This document shows positions 25,610 through 34,896 of a DNA stretch of 64,000 nucleotides, in pieces; position 1 is the stretch's first letter, and the number at the start of each line of letters is the position of its first letter. The stretch is from the NCBI GenBank assembly GCA_963765495.1, contig CAVXWP010000009.1, positions 256,001 to 320,000 of the forward strand, read 5' to 3'. Below the pieces are notes generated by a model. That model worked only from the letters and a program-made list of their open reading frames with translations, ran no database searches and was not told the DNA's origin. Both the position numbers and the translations under genes were made by a program. This DNA comes from Blastocatellia bacterium. GTDB lineage: Bacteria > Acidobacteriota > Blastocatellia > UBA7656.

Positions 25610-26965
25610 ATGAAAGTACTTGTAATTGATGATGAGGATATGGTGCGGAATCTGGTCCGAGAGGCCATGTCAAATCAGGGATATGATGTCTACACCGCAT
25701 CAAACGGCAGCCAGGCTTTGCAACTGGCCATAGCGCACGATTTTGATCTGGTCTTTTGTGATGTGGTAATGGACGGTCTTACGGGTTTCGACGTGCTCAA
25801 GGAGTTCCGGCAAAACTTGCAATCCAAGACGGAGATCGTCCTGATGACGGGGCAGGCATCGGTAGAGGCAGCCATCGAAGCGGTTCAGCAGGGAGCCAAC
25901 GACTACATCTGTAAGCCTTTTTCAATCGGGGTGCTTCAGGCTATAGCCTCTTCGGTCGAGCAGCGCCGCTATCCGAGCAAACTCATCGAAGTTGGGGCCG
26001 AACAGGAGATTTCGCAAGAGATACTGGGCACCTCTCCGATCATGATTGAGGTAGTAAAGACGGCGGCGCGGGTCGCTTTGACCGAACTGCCCGTGATGAT
26101 TCGGGGCGAGTCGGGGACAGGCAAGGAATTGATTGCGCGACTGATACACCGCAAGAGCACGCGAACCGATAAGTCGTTTGTAGCGGTCAACTGCGGCGCT
26201 CTGCCCGATACTCTGCTCGAAAGCGAGCTTTTCGGTCACACGCGAGGCGCATTCACCGGGGCCGACAATGCCCGGCGCGGATTATTCGAAGAGGCCGACG
26301 GCGGCACGCTTCTGCTGGATGAAGTGACAGAGACCAGTCCGGCCTTTCAGGTAAAGCTTCTGAGGGTTCTGCAGGAAGGCGAATTCCGCCCGCTTGGAAC
26401 CAGCAACAGAAAACGGGTAAACGTGCGTGTGCTTTCGGCTACAAATCGCGACCCGCAGGCGCTTGTCGAACAGGGGTCATTTCGTCAGGACTTGCTCTAT
26501 CGCCTGCAGGGCACATCCATTATGCTGCCGGCGCTCGTCGAGCGGCGCGAAGACATTCGCCCGATGTCGCTCACCTTTCTTGCCAGGTTCAGCCCCGGGG
26601 GCCGCAAGCTTTCTATAACAAAGGAGGCTATGCTTGCGCTTGAGCGTCACAACTGGCCGGGCAATGTCCGCGAGTTAAAACACCTCATGCAGAGGTTGGC
26701 GGCGCTCAGCAGCGGCGTGATAAGACTCGAAGACCTGCCATCGGAGATCGTATCCAATCCAAAGATAACTTCGGTGATGAATGACTGCATCCCCGAAGGC
26801 GACCTTCCCACGCTTGAACAACTCGAATCGACCTATCTGCTTCGGGTGCTCAGCGCCGTCGGCGGTAATAAATCGCGGGCGGCCCAGATCATGGGCGTTG
26901 ACCGCAAGACGCTTTATCGAATGATAGACAGACAGGTGAAGCAAACGGCCGATAAAGTATCTTGA
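25610..26965 (+). CDS. Sigma54-dependent response regulator (NtrC/AtoC family)
   Basis: Receiver VIDDED..D..K, GESGTGKE, ESELFGH, GAFTGA, WPGNVREL and a Fis-type HTH. Confidence 0.95.
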   Translation: MKVLVIDDEDMVRNLVREAMSNQGYDVYTASNGSQALQLAIAHDFDLVFCDVVMDGLTGFDVLKEFRQNLQSKTEIVLMTGQASVEAAIEAVQQGANDYICKPFSIGVLQAIASSVEQRRYPSKLIEVGAEQEISQEILGTSPIMIEVVKTAARVALTELPVMIRGESGTGKELIARLIHRKSTRTDKSFVAVNCGALPDTLLESELFGHTRGAFTGADNARRGLFEEADGGTLLLDEVTETSPAFQVKLLRVLQEGEFRPLGTSNRKRVNVRVLSATNRDPQALVEQGSFRQDLLYRLQGTSIMLPALVERREDIRPMSLTFLARFSPGGRKLSITKEAMLALERHNWPGNVRELKHLMQRLAALSSGVIRLEDLPSEIVSNPKITSVMNDCIPEGDLPTLEQLESTYLLRVLSAVGGNKSRAAQIMGVDRKTLYRMIDRQVKQTADKVS

Positions 26966-26999
26966 GTCGGGGCCGTTGCGCGAAAAGCGAAACGGAATG

Positions 27000-27074
27000 A
27001 GACAGGATAAACAGGATTAGATTGGATTAGACAAGAATTTTGTCTAATCCAATCTAATCCTGTTTATCCTGTCT
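27000..27074. repeat. Perfect 35-bp stem hairpin (AGGAT/GGATTAG-type units), possible terminator or stabiliser
   Basis: agacaggataaacaggattagattggattagacaa-gaatt-ttgtctaatccaatctaatcctgtttatcctgtct, just after the regulator stop. Confidence 0.88.
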
Positions 27075-27099
27075 AAGAAAATTCAACTCTTCACACACT

Positions 27100-27301
27100 C
27101 AGGTCCATTCAGTTTTTGACTTGCGAGCTGTATGCGACAAAATTTTGCAGGTTAATTCGAACGAAAGGCGAGTGGGAATAGGCCGGGACGGACGCGGATC
27201 TGACACTATTTGGACGAATCCGTGCTAATCCGCCCGATCCGCGTCCGTCCCGGCCTATTTCTATTTTCCAATTCTACATTTTGGAAAACTGAATGGCCCT
27301 G
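27100..27301. mobile_element. MITE-like element, copy 2 (202 bp)
   Basis: TIRs CAGGTCCATTCAGTTTT / AAAACTGAATGGCCCTG. 9-bp direct repeat TCACACACT at 27091-27099 and 27302-27310. 24-bp internal stem. Confidence 0.9.
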
Positions 27302-27578
27302 TCACACACTGGATTAATCTCCATTCTTTGTAGAATATCCTACAAAACCAATTTCGATTATGGTATGCTCGCTCACGAAATATCCGACAGGGTGTTGGGA
27401 CTTGATCTACCGATTTTCAATTGAAGCAACTTGATAAACTATGCACGACGCGTGGCTCGCCGCAAATTCGTCAACGATGTATTGGACAATCTAGCGACAC
27501 ATTCCAACGCGCTTTGAGAACTAATACCGGCGGCCCTGCCGCAAGACAATTCACCTACTTAGTGGAGGAACACGAAAC

Positions 27579-29174
27579 ATGGCTGATGAAAATATAGACG
27601 TTGCTATTGTGGGAGGCGGAGTTTCGGGTGTCTATAGCGCCTGGCGTTTAAGAAAGGCGAACCCGAAGCGCAAGATCGTCGTCTTCGAAGGCAGCAATCA
27701 TATCGGCGGGCGGCTGCTATCGGTAACGCCGCCCGACATTCCGAACATGGTAGCCGAGCTTGGCGGGATGCGCATTCTTCCGGCGGTGCAGCCTCTAATC
27801 AAACGACTCATAGATGTATTGAATGAGGAGCTTCCGGCAAGTCAAAAGATCGAGCTATACGACTTTCCCGTAGACCAGCCGCAAAACATCGCCTACCTGC
27901 GAGGCATCTATTTGCGGCTCTCGGATTTCACCGCAAAGCCCGACAAGGTGCCCTATCATCTCTCTTTTCTGGAGCGCGGCCAGTCTCCCGGCAGCATCAT
28001 CGTCAACGCCATCGAGCAGATCGTGCCCGGAATCACAAATCCCGATCTCGACGAGTATCAACGCCGTCAGATGGTCAAGAATGCAAGTTTCGCCGGAGTG
28101 CCGCTCTATAAGCAGGGGTTCTGGAACGTTTTGATGCGCGTCATCAGCGGCGAGGCATATCAACTCGGCGTTGATGCGGGCGGTTACAACTCGACGCTTA
28201 CCAACTGGAACGCTGCCGATGCTATCCCGTGGTATCTCTCCGACTTTGGCGTAGACCCGCAATACAAGGGTTTCAAGAAGGGATTTCAGCAAGTGCCGCA
28301 GTCGCTTGCGGAACTCTTCAAAAACACCAAAGACGATATTCGGCTGAAGACGCCGGTTGACGGATTTAACTGGACGAAGGGAGGGGTTCAGTTGCGAGTC
28401 AAAGGCAAGACGATCAACGCGAAGACGCTGATACTGGCCATGCCCCGCCGCTCGCTCGATCTCCTGGCTCCAAACAGCCCGCCGCTCAATGAGATCAGAG
28501 AGATGATTGCAAGCGTTACGCCGCGCCCGCTCTTCAAACTCTTCACGACCTACAGCAACCCGTGGTGGCTCGCCGCCGGATACACTGCGCCCGACGGCAC
28601 CTTCGTCCCCGTCGAAGCGGGACGCACGGTCACCGATCTTCCCGTGCGGCAGACTTACTACTGGCCGGAGGATGACGGCTCTCCGGCAACCGATGGCCCG
28701 TCTATGTTGATGGCAAGTTATGATGACGGTACGAATATAGGCTTCTGGGACGGCCTGCGCCCGCGTCGTCGTGAAGCGTGGAAAACGGGGCTTGAGGTTG
28801 CGGAACTGGAAGATCCGTTCGTAAGCGAAGATCGAGAGAAGAGGCCGAAACTCTCCTGGTGGCAGTATAAAGCGCCGCGACGGATGGTCGCCGAAGTGGC
28901 GCGCCAGCTTGGGGTGATTCACGGACTCACATACACACCGGCTGTTCGCAACGCGGCATTCCGAGATTGGGGAGATGATCCGTTTGGCGGCGGCTGGAAC
29001 AGTTGGAACATCGGCGTGAAAAGCTGGGAAGTAAAACGGCAGATCATCCAGCCGTTTGACAAGCGCCCGCTCTACATTTGCGGCGAAGCCTATTCGGATG
29101 CTCAAGGGTGGGTCGAAGGCGCGCTGCAAACGGCAGATATGATGCTGGAAAAGATGGGAATCGGCTCGCTATAA
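27579..29174 (+). CDS. Flavin monoamine oxidase / L-amino-acid oxidase family protein
   Basis: VAIVGGGVSG, E..HIGGRL, ELGGMR, ICGEAYS..QGWVEGAL. GGAGG RBS. Confidence 0.9.
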   Translation: MADENIDVAIVGGGVSGVYSAWRLRKANPKRKIVVFEGSNHIGGRLLSVTPPDIPNMVAELGGMRILPAVQPLIKRLIDVLNEELPASQKIELYDFPVDQPQNIAYLRGIYLRLSDFTAKPDKVPYHLSFLERGQSPGSIIVNAIEQIVPGITNPDLDEYQRRQMVKNASFAGVPLYKQGFWNVLMRVISGEAYQLGVDAGGYNSTLTNWNAADAIPWYLSDFGVDPQYKGFKKGFQQVPQSLAELFKNTKDDIRLKTPVDGFNWTKGGVQLRVKGKTINAKTLILAMPRRSLDLLAPNSPPLNEIREMIASVTPRPLFKLFTTYSNPWWLAAGYTAPDGTFVPVEAGRTVTDLPVRQTYYWPEDDGSPATDGPSMLMASYDDGTNIGFWDGLRPRRREAWKTGLEVAELEDPFVSEDREKRPKLSWWQYKAPRRMVAEVARQLGVIHGLTYTPAVRNAAFRDWGDDPFGGGWNSWNIGVKSWEVKRQIIQPFDKRPLYICGEAYSDAQGWVEGALQTADMMLEKMGIGSL

Positions 29175-29180
29175 AGGCCT

Positions 29181-29402
29181 CAGGACCATTCAGTTTTTGG
29201 CCCGCGAGCATTTGGCGTCAAAAACCTTAAAGGTTAATTTGACCGAAGGGTTTCCGCTAATAGGCCACGGATGACACGAATCGGACGGATTTACGCGGAT
29301 CGAGTCATATAAGCTTCAGATCAGTGTAAATCCGTCCGATTCGTGTCATCCGTGGCCTATTCCCATTTCCATTATTTATATTCTGAAAGCCGATTGGACC
29401 TG
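29181..29402. mobile_element. MITE-like element, copy 3 (diverged, 222 bp)
   Basis: Left TIR CAGGACCATTCAGTTTT, degenerate right TIR AAAGCCGATTGGACCTG, perfect 36-bp internal stem. No target duplication visible. Confidence 0.78.
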
Positions 29403-29441
29403 GCCGCCGACCCCGCATTCCCTGCTTCTATGACCGCTATC

Positions 29442-29468
29442 TTGACAATGCCTATGCAGTGATATAAT
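29442..29468 (+). promoter_or_regulatory. Putative sigma70 promoter upstream of the kinase cluster
   Basis: TTGACA at 29442-29447 and TATAAT at 29463-29468, but the spacer is only 15 bp. Confidence 0.4.
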
Positions 29469-29655
29469 TTCGGTACGGGAGAGTACTCCCAGACTCAACA
29501 GTTATCCGAGCAAGAGCAGCGGGCCATACTATCGTGCAAATCGAGATTGCTTGATTTGCGCGCACCCTTTTGAGATTGGCAGATGGCTTCTTTCGATCAG
29601 GGTTTTCAGCCTCAGCCGATTGAGTCTCACTGTTCGCCTTTTAAGATTCAAAAAC

Positions 29656-30975
29656 ATGAAGATTTGCCCACAATGCGCCGGCAGTTTTGATGATAAACTC
29701 ACGATTTGCCCTAATGATAACGCCGAACTGATCCAGAGCACGGCCGGTCCCCCTGACCCTATGATCGGGAGAGTCCTTGCCGGGCGCTATCGCCTCACTC
29801 AAAAGATCGGCGAAGGCGGGATGGGCGTGATCTACAAAGCAATCCACGTGATGATGGGCCGCACCTGCGCCATCAAGCTTCTCACAAACATCTCGGCGGA
29901 CCACCAGACCGCCGTCGTCCGCTTCAACCGCGAGGCGAAGATGGCCAGCAGCATAGATAACCCCCACGCGGTGACGATATTTGATTTCGGCGAAAATGAA
30001 GAAGGGGTGCTCTATCTGGTCATGGAGTTTATCGACGGCAAACCGCTTTCCCAGTTGATGATAAAGGAGAAGCAGGTTGATCCGAAACGAGCCGTCAATA
30101 TAACGAGTCAGATAGCCGAAGCGCTGGAGGCCGCTCACCGCCTCGGGATAGTTCACCGCGATCTCAAACCCGACAATATAATGCTTTGTCAAAAGCCCGG
30201 CGAACCCGATTACGTCAAGGTGCTCGACTTCGGCATAGCCAAATCCGTCTCCGACGACGGATCAGACAATGTGACCAAAACGGGTTATGTCCTGGGCACG
30301 CCGGTCTATATGTCGCCCGAGCAACTGGCGGGCGAAAAGGTTGACGGTCGGTCGGACATTTATAGTCTTGCCATCATCGTCTACGAGATGATCTGCGGAG
30401 GTCTCCCCTTTGAAGGCGAAAACAGCCAGGCCATAATGATCAAGCGGATAATGACCGATCCCGTTCCGCTCAGAGACCGCCTGCCCTCGGTAAACGATGC
30501 GCTCGAACGAGAGGTGATGGCGGCGCTTTCCCGCGATCCTGAAACCCGAACTCAAACGGTTCAGGCCTTCGCTTCTCAACTTCAAACGGCTCTCCAACTA
30601 AACACACAGATCATGGGCAGCCGCAACACTTCGGAGATAAGCGACGGCCAGACAAGGGAATGGAGCAGCGCCAAACCTGATGGCGACAAAGCTACCGAAC
30701 AGGCTACGGTGGCGGGCTCGGCCACGTCATTCGACACGCCGTCCTTTAATGAAAGCGCACGACGGCCCACGCAGGAAGATAGGGAAGTCAGCGGGCGCAC
30801 ACAGAATTTCACATCACAAAAAGGACCGGAACAGACAGGGCCTGCTCCGGTCGTAATTCCCACGTTGCTTGAAGACTCGCCCGCACCCCCCCCCCCGGGC
30901 CTCCCGAGAGCAGGCGCGCCGTTGTTGAGTCCCGATCCAGAAAGACGGGGCTTGGCTGGTGGGCAGGCGGCGTGA
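29656..30975 (+). CDS. Hanks-type Ser/Thr protein kinase (N-terminal part of a frameshifted kinase-TM-PEGA-FGE gene)
   Basis: N-terminal CPQC..CPND zinc ribbon, IGEGGMG, AIK, HRDLKPDN, DFG, GTPVYMSPE. The frame breaks at the C11 tract 30886-30896. Confidence 0.92.
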   Translation: MKICPQCAGSFDDKLTICPNDNAELIQSTAGPPDPMIGRVLAGRYRLTQKIGEGGMGVIYKAIHVMMGRTCAIKLLTNISADHQTAVVRFNREAKMASSIDNPHAVTIFDFGENEEGVLYLVMEFIDGKPLSQLMIKEKQVDPKRAVNITSQIAEALEAAHRLGIVHRDLKPDNIMLCQKPGEPDYVKVLDFGIAKSVSDDGSDNVTKTGYVLGTPVYMSPEQLAGEKVDGRSDIYSLAIIVYEMICGGLPFEGENSQAIMIKRIMTDPVPLRDRLPSVNDALEREVMAALSRDPETRTQTVQAFASQLQTALQLNTQIMGSRNTSEISDGQTREWSSAKPDGDKATEQATVAGSATSFDTPSFNESARRPTQEDREVSGRTQNFTSQKGPEQTGPAPVVIPTLLEDSPAPPPPGLPRAGAPLLSPDPERRGLAGGQAA

Positions 30976-31997
30976 TTGGAGTAATCCTGCTCGCGCTGAT
31001 CCTATATTTGCTCTTTTCCGGCTCATCGGGTTATCGGCTGACGGTCAAAGGCGCTCCGGCGGGCAGTGATGTCTTTATCAACAATGAACGCAAAGGCGCT
31101 ATCTCAAACGACGGGACCCTGACTCTTTCCAATCTCGAACCGGGGCAGATGTCGCTGAGAATCTCGCGGCAGGGCTACGCCGATTTCACTGCTACGCTGA
31201 CAGGCGAGAAAGGCGAAACGAGGGCTATCGAGGCGGCGCTTTTGCCCATGGAGGTTGATTATGACGGCCAGATGGCGCTCGTCCCGGCGGGCGAATTCAG
31301 CATGGGGGCCAACGATCATGACGCCAACGAGAAACCCGCGCATCAGGTCACGCTGCCCGCTTACTACATAGACAAATTCGAAGTCACAAACGCGCAATAC
31401 AAGAAATTCTGCGATGAGGCCTCCCGGCCTTATCCGAAGAACGCCTTCGACGAGAACTATTTCAAAGACAACCCCAATGCGCCGGTCGTGGGAATAAGCT
31501 GGGATGATGCGGCGGCATACGCCAGATGGGCCGGCAAGCGATTGCCTACCGAAGCCGAATGGGAGAAAGCCGCCTCGTGGGACCCCGCCTCGCAGCAGAA
31601 GAGGCAATATCCGTGGGGCGACAACCCCGAGGGCGCAAGCGCGAATGTCGGGCGAAACCCGAGTCAGCCGAAATTCGTCGCCGTAGGCCAGTATGCCGGA
31701 GATGTCAGCGCCTACGGCGTTCACGACATGGCGGGCAATGCCCCCGAATGGGTTGATGCATATTATAAAGCTTATGAAGGCAACCCTACGGCTGACTCAA
31801 ACTTCGGAACAAAGTACAAAGTGGTGCGTGGCGGCAGCAACATAGCGCAATTGAGCGATGCAAGGACCACTCACAGGTTTTCTCACCCCTGGGAAGCCGA
31901 GTCGGATCAAAAGCCTTACTGGCTGGTTGGGTTCCGGTGCGCGATCTCTGCCGATGACGCTAAAATCCAGGAACGCCTGCGCGCCCGTAGTCAGTAG
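30972..31997 (+). CDS. TM plus PEGA-like plus FGE-sulfatase (SUMF1-like) domain protein (C-terminal part of the kinase gene)
   Basis: PAGEFSMG, EVTNAQY, PVVGISWDDA, RLPTEAEWEKAA, DMAGNAPEW, GFRC. The frame stays open upstream to the C tract. Confidence 0.88.
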   Translation: MIGVILLALILYLLFSGSSGYRLTVKGAPAGSDVFINNERKGAISNDGTLTLSNLEPGQMSLRISRQGYADFTATLTGEKGETRAIEAALLPMEVDYDGQMALVPAGEFSMGANDHDANEKPAHQVTLPAYYIDKFEVTNAQYKKFCDEASRPYPKNAFDENYFKDNPNAPVVGISWDDAAAYARWAGKRLPTEAEWEKAASWDPASQQKRQYPWGDNPEGASANVGRNPSQPKFVAVGQYAGDVSAYGVHDMAGNAPEWVDAYYKAYEGNPTADSNFGTKYKVVRGGSNIAQLSDARTTHRFSHPWEAESDQKPYWLVGFRCAISADDAKIQERLRARSQ

Positions 31998-32007
31998 GAA
32001 AGCAACT

Positions 32008-32790
32008 ATGAGAATCGACCGAAAACTATTCAAGGCTGTAATGCTTGCAGTCTCAATCGGAGGCTTCGTCGCTCAGGCGATTATCACCACACCTGCGCTC
32101 GCGCAATCGAATAACCCGCTTGTCTGGGAACCCCCTCCCGCAAAGATCAAGCGGGTGAAGAAGGTTGATCGCAAGCCGAAGCGTGTCATACGTACAGGAA
32201 CGGTTGAGAAAGCCACGCTGCTGACGCTTCAGTATCAGGTTTACAAACGCGGAGACGGAAACGTCAAAGAAGAGGTAGACCCGCAGACGGTCTTTCAAGA
32301 AGGAGACCAGGTAAAATTTGCAGTAGCCACGAATCAGGACGGGTACCTCTATATCATCAACCAGCCGGAAGGAAAAGACGGCGTAGTGCTGTTCCCAAGC
32401 CCGCAAATCAATCAGGGTCAAAACAAGGTTAAGAAAAACGAGTTGTTTCTTATCCCCTCCTACTGTAAGGAAGTTGAAGGATTGCAGAAACCCGAAGATT
32501 GCTGGTTTGAGATGAGACCCCCGGCCGGACGCGAAAGAATAATTATCATCTTCAGCCGCGATGAGATAACCACGCTTCCCAATCAGGTCGCAAAGGCATA
32601 CGGCGCGGTCAAAGGGGAAATAATCGCCGGACTTATTAAAAGCTCGGGGCAGAATAAGGTGCAGGAAACCGGCGAGCTTCGCATACCCGGTCTGAGCGAA
32701 ACTATGATGTTTGCCACGCGGGTGCAAAATACGAACCTCAAAGACAACGAAGAACTCATCGCGACGTTTGATATCAATCACGGAGAGTGA
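32008..32790 (+). CDS. Exported DUF4384-like domain protein
   Basis: Signal peptide (ALA-Q), FQEGDQVKF..DGYLYIIN..VLFPS, GRERIIIIFS. Confidence 0.72.
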   Translation: MRIDRKLFKAVMLAVSIGGFVAQAIITTPALAQSNNPLVWEPPPAKIKRVKKVDRKPKRVIRTGTVEKATLLTLQYQVYKRGDGNVKEEVDPQTVFQEGDQVKFAVATNQDGYLYIINQPEGKDGVVLFPSPQINQGQNKVKKNELFLIPSYCKEVEGLQKPEDCWFEMRPPAGRERIIIIFSRDEITTLPNQVAKAYGAVKGEIIAGLIKSSGQNKVQETGELRIPGLSETMMFATRVQNTNLKDNEELIATFDINHGE

Positions 32791-32815
32791 GTTGATTGAT
32801 GAAAGGAGCTATGAA

Positions 32816-33574
32816 ATGAAAGCGATTATCAGATTAATCATCGCTTCGATAATGACGGCCAGCCTCGCTACGGCCGTTTCGGCCACCTCACAAAAGGGAG
32901 CAGAAACCGGAGCAAGAAAAAGACAGACCCGCCGCAGCGACAGCGCGCGCGCGCGCTCTCTGTTTGTCAACAAGAGCGCCGATGCCATGCGCGTCGTGAT
33001 ATTGAAAGCCGACGGCGATACCTATGTGCCTACGGACCCAGGTCAGGAATTCAAGCAGGGCGATCAGATCAAGGTCGATTTCTACAGTAATTTCAAAGGC
33101 TATGTTTATATAGTCAATGTTGCGCCGAGCGGACAGAAATGCGTGCTCTTCCCTTACGCCGAAGAGGCAGACAACCAAATAGCCCCGGACAAGGCTTATA
33201 CGCTGCCGCGAACCGGAGCCATACAATTCGATGAAGAGAAAGGCACAGAGGTGCTTCAGGTAATAATGTCTCGCGACCGCATCGCGTTTCTTGATGCCGC
33301 GACAAAGAATGAAAACGGCTGTATAACAGATTCGGCTTCAAGTGTTGCAAACGAGCTTGCCGGGAATAAAGGCGGTCTCGAAGCCGAAAAGACCGTATCT
33401 GTTCTACCAAAATCGGGACCGCATGCCCTCCGGTCGCGCGATATCATTCTGGCAGCAGGCAAAGACAAAGAGCCGGAAGGTTCATACGTAGCCATTTCCG
33501 ACAGCAACGGTTCAAACGGCACGCTAAAATCGGGCGAGGTCGTCGTCTTTGATATCCGGCTCAAACACAATTGA
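32816..33574 (+). CDS. Exported DUF4384-like domain protein
   Basis: Signal peptide, FKQGDQIKV..GYVYIVN..LFP, FDEEKGTEVLQVIMS. AAGGAG RBS. Confidence 0.72.
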   Translation: MKAIIRLIIASIMTASLATAVSATSQKGAETGARKRQTRRSDSARARSLFVNKSADAMRVVILKADGDTYVPTDPGQEFKQGDQIKVDFYSNFKGYVYIVNVAPSGQKCVLFPYAEEADNQIAPDKAYTLPRTGAIQFDEEKGTEVLQVIMSRDRIAFLDAATKNENGCITDSASSVANELAGNKGGLEAEKTVSVLPKSGPHALRSRDIILAAGKDKEPEGSYVAISDSNGSNGTLKSGEVVVFDIRLKHN

Positions 33575-33588
33575 GAGGACAGCTTTAG

Positions 33589-34818
33589 TTGAAACTCGAA
33601 TTCCTCACCAAGAAAACCGGGCAACTCAAGCTCGGCTCTGTTTGTCTATTTTTGGCAATCTCTTTTTCCGCCGCGCACGCGCGTCCGCAACGGGCCGGCC
33701 CGCCTCCGCCGGGGAAAAAGTCTGTCCGGGCCAGAAACCTGACGCCCGAAGCACGCGCTCAAATCCGGCAGGCCGTCTCTGCGGTAGGTATGATTCTGAT
33801 TCGCAGCGCAAACGATCCTCGCAACCCCGAACCGAAGCCGCGAGGGTCAGGTGTCATCGTGCGATCAGACGGTGTGGTGGTGACCAATTATCACGTCATC
33901 GCAGATGATAGTACCAATCATTTTTACCCCGAAATCTTCTTCAACCTCGCATCCTCCGGCGCAGAGGCTACATCGACCTCGCACCGTTATCGCTTGAAAC
34001 CGATTTTGACGAGCAAGGATTATGATCTGGCGCTGCTGCGCATAGAATCCGATAGCGAGGGAAACCTTGTTCCGGGTTCTATGGTCTTTCCTACAATCGA
34101 ACTGGGCGATTCCAAATCGGTAGAGTTGCTCGATGATTTGACGATAATCGGGTTCCCGGAAAAAGGCGGGTTGACCGTAACGGTCAACCCCGGGGTGGTC
34201 GAGGGCAAAGATATTCTTGGGAACTGGATAAAGACCGACGCGCGCGTGATACACGGCAACAGCGGCGGCGCGGCGGTCAATAATCAGGGCAAACTCGTTG
34301 GCATCCCCACAAAAGTCTACGCCGATGCGCGACCGATTGATAAGAACGGGGACGGATTCCCCGATGAAGTTCAACAGTATGGAGCGGTCGGGTTTTTACG
34401 GCCCTCTAATCTGGTTGCGGCCATGCTCGGACAACTCGATAACAGCGATATGTCGGCTGCGCCAGCGCGACCGGCAGCGCCGGACAGAAGACTGAGCAGC
34501 GTAGTTCCTAAAGAGCTTCCTTCAACACCCGGGGTTGAAGTGCGCGGCATAGTCAGGACAATACCCGGCGGCAAAGTGCTTGCGGGCGTGCGAGTCGGGT
34601 TGATTCCGCTCGGCAGCGACACCGTGACTAAAGATAATCTGCTGACATGGGGCGGGACAAATGCCGACGGCGAATTCGTCCTGAATCAGCCGGTGCCGCC
34701 GGGCCGTTATACCCTGAAGGCAACCGCGCTCGGATTCAAACCCTATTCGAGCGATGTCGAGATAGGCACCGAGATCACGCGTATTCTGATCGAGATGCAG
34801 CCGTCGAATAAACGATAA
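33589..34818 (+). CDS. Exported trypsin-like serine protease with C-terminal carboxypeptidase-regulatory-like domain
   Basis: GSGVIV, TNYHV (His), DLALL (Asp), GNSGG (Ser), PPGRYTLKA. TTG start after GAGGA. Confidence 0.88.
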   Translation: MKLEFLTKKTGQLKLGSVCLFLAISFSAAHARPQRAGPPPPGKKSVRARNLTPEARAQIRQAVSAVGMILIRSANDPRNPEPKPRGSGVIVRSDGVVVTNYHVIADDSTNHFYPEIFFNLASSGAEATSTSHRYRLKPILTSKDYDLALLRIESDSEGNLVPGSMVFPTIELGDSKSVELLDDLTIIGFPEKGGLTVTVNPGVVEGKDILGNWIKTDARVIHGNSGGAAVNNQGKLVGIPTKVYADARPIDKNGDGFPDEVQQYGAVGFLRPSNLVAAMLGQLDNSDMSAAPARPAAPDRRLSSVVPKELPSTPGVEVRGIVRTIPGGKVLAGVRVGLIPLGSDTVTKDNLLTWGGTNADGEFVLNQPVPPGRYTLKATALGFKPYSSDVEIGTEITRILIEMQPSNKR

Positions 34819-34853
34819 GCGATAGTCATCCGGTCTCCCGCAACAGGTAGTTC

Positions 34854-34896
34854 AGGCGAATAGAAATAGGCCGGGACGGCCTATTTCTATTCGCCT
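34854..34896. repeat. 20-bp stem hairpin, collapsed derivative of the MITE internal hairpin; possible terminator
   Basis: aggcgaatagaaataggccg-gga-cggcctatttctattcgcct. Shares AGGCGA..AATAGGCCGGGACGG with the MITE copies. Confidence 0.72.

Noticed and set aside
27100-29402. Proven composite transposon carrying the oxidase
   Set aside because: The outer flanks (TCACACACT and GCCGCCGAC) do not match and copy 2 has its own duplication. Kept only as a weaker finding.
30972-31997. Diversity-generating retroelement target (FGE/CLec fold) or true formylglycine-generating enzyme
   Set aside because: No reverse transcriptase or template repeat was seen in the window, and the catalytic Cys pair of FGE is absent.
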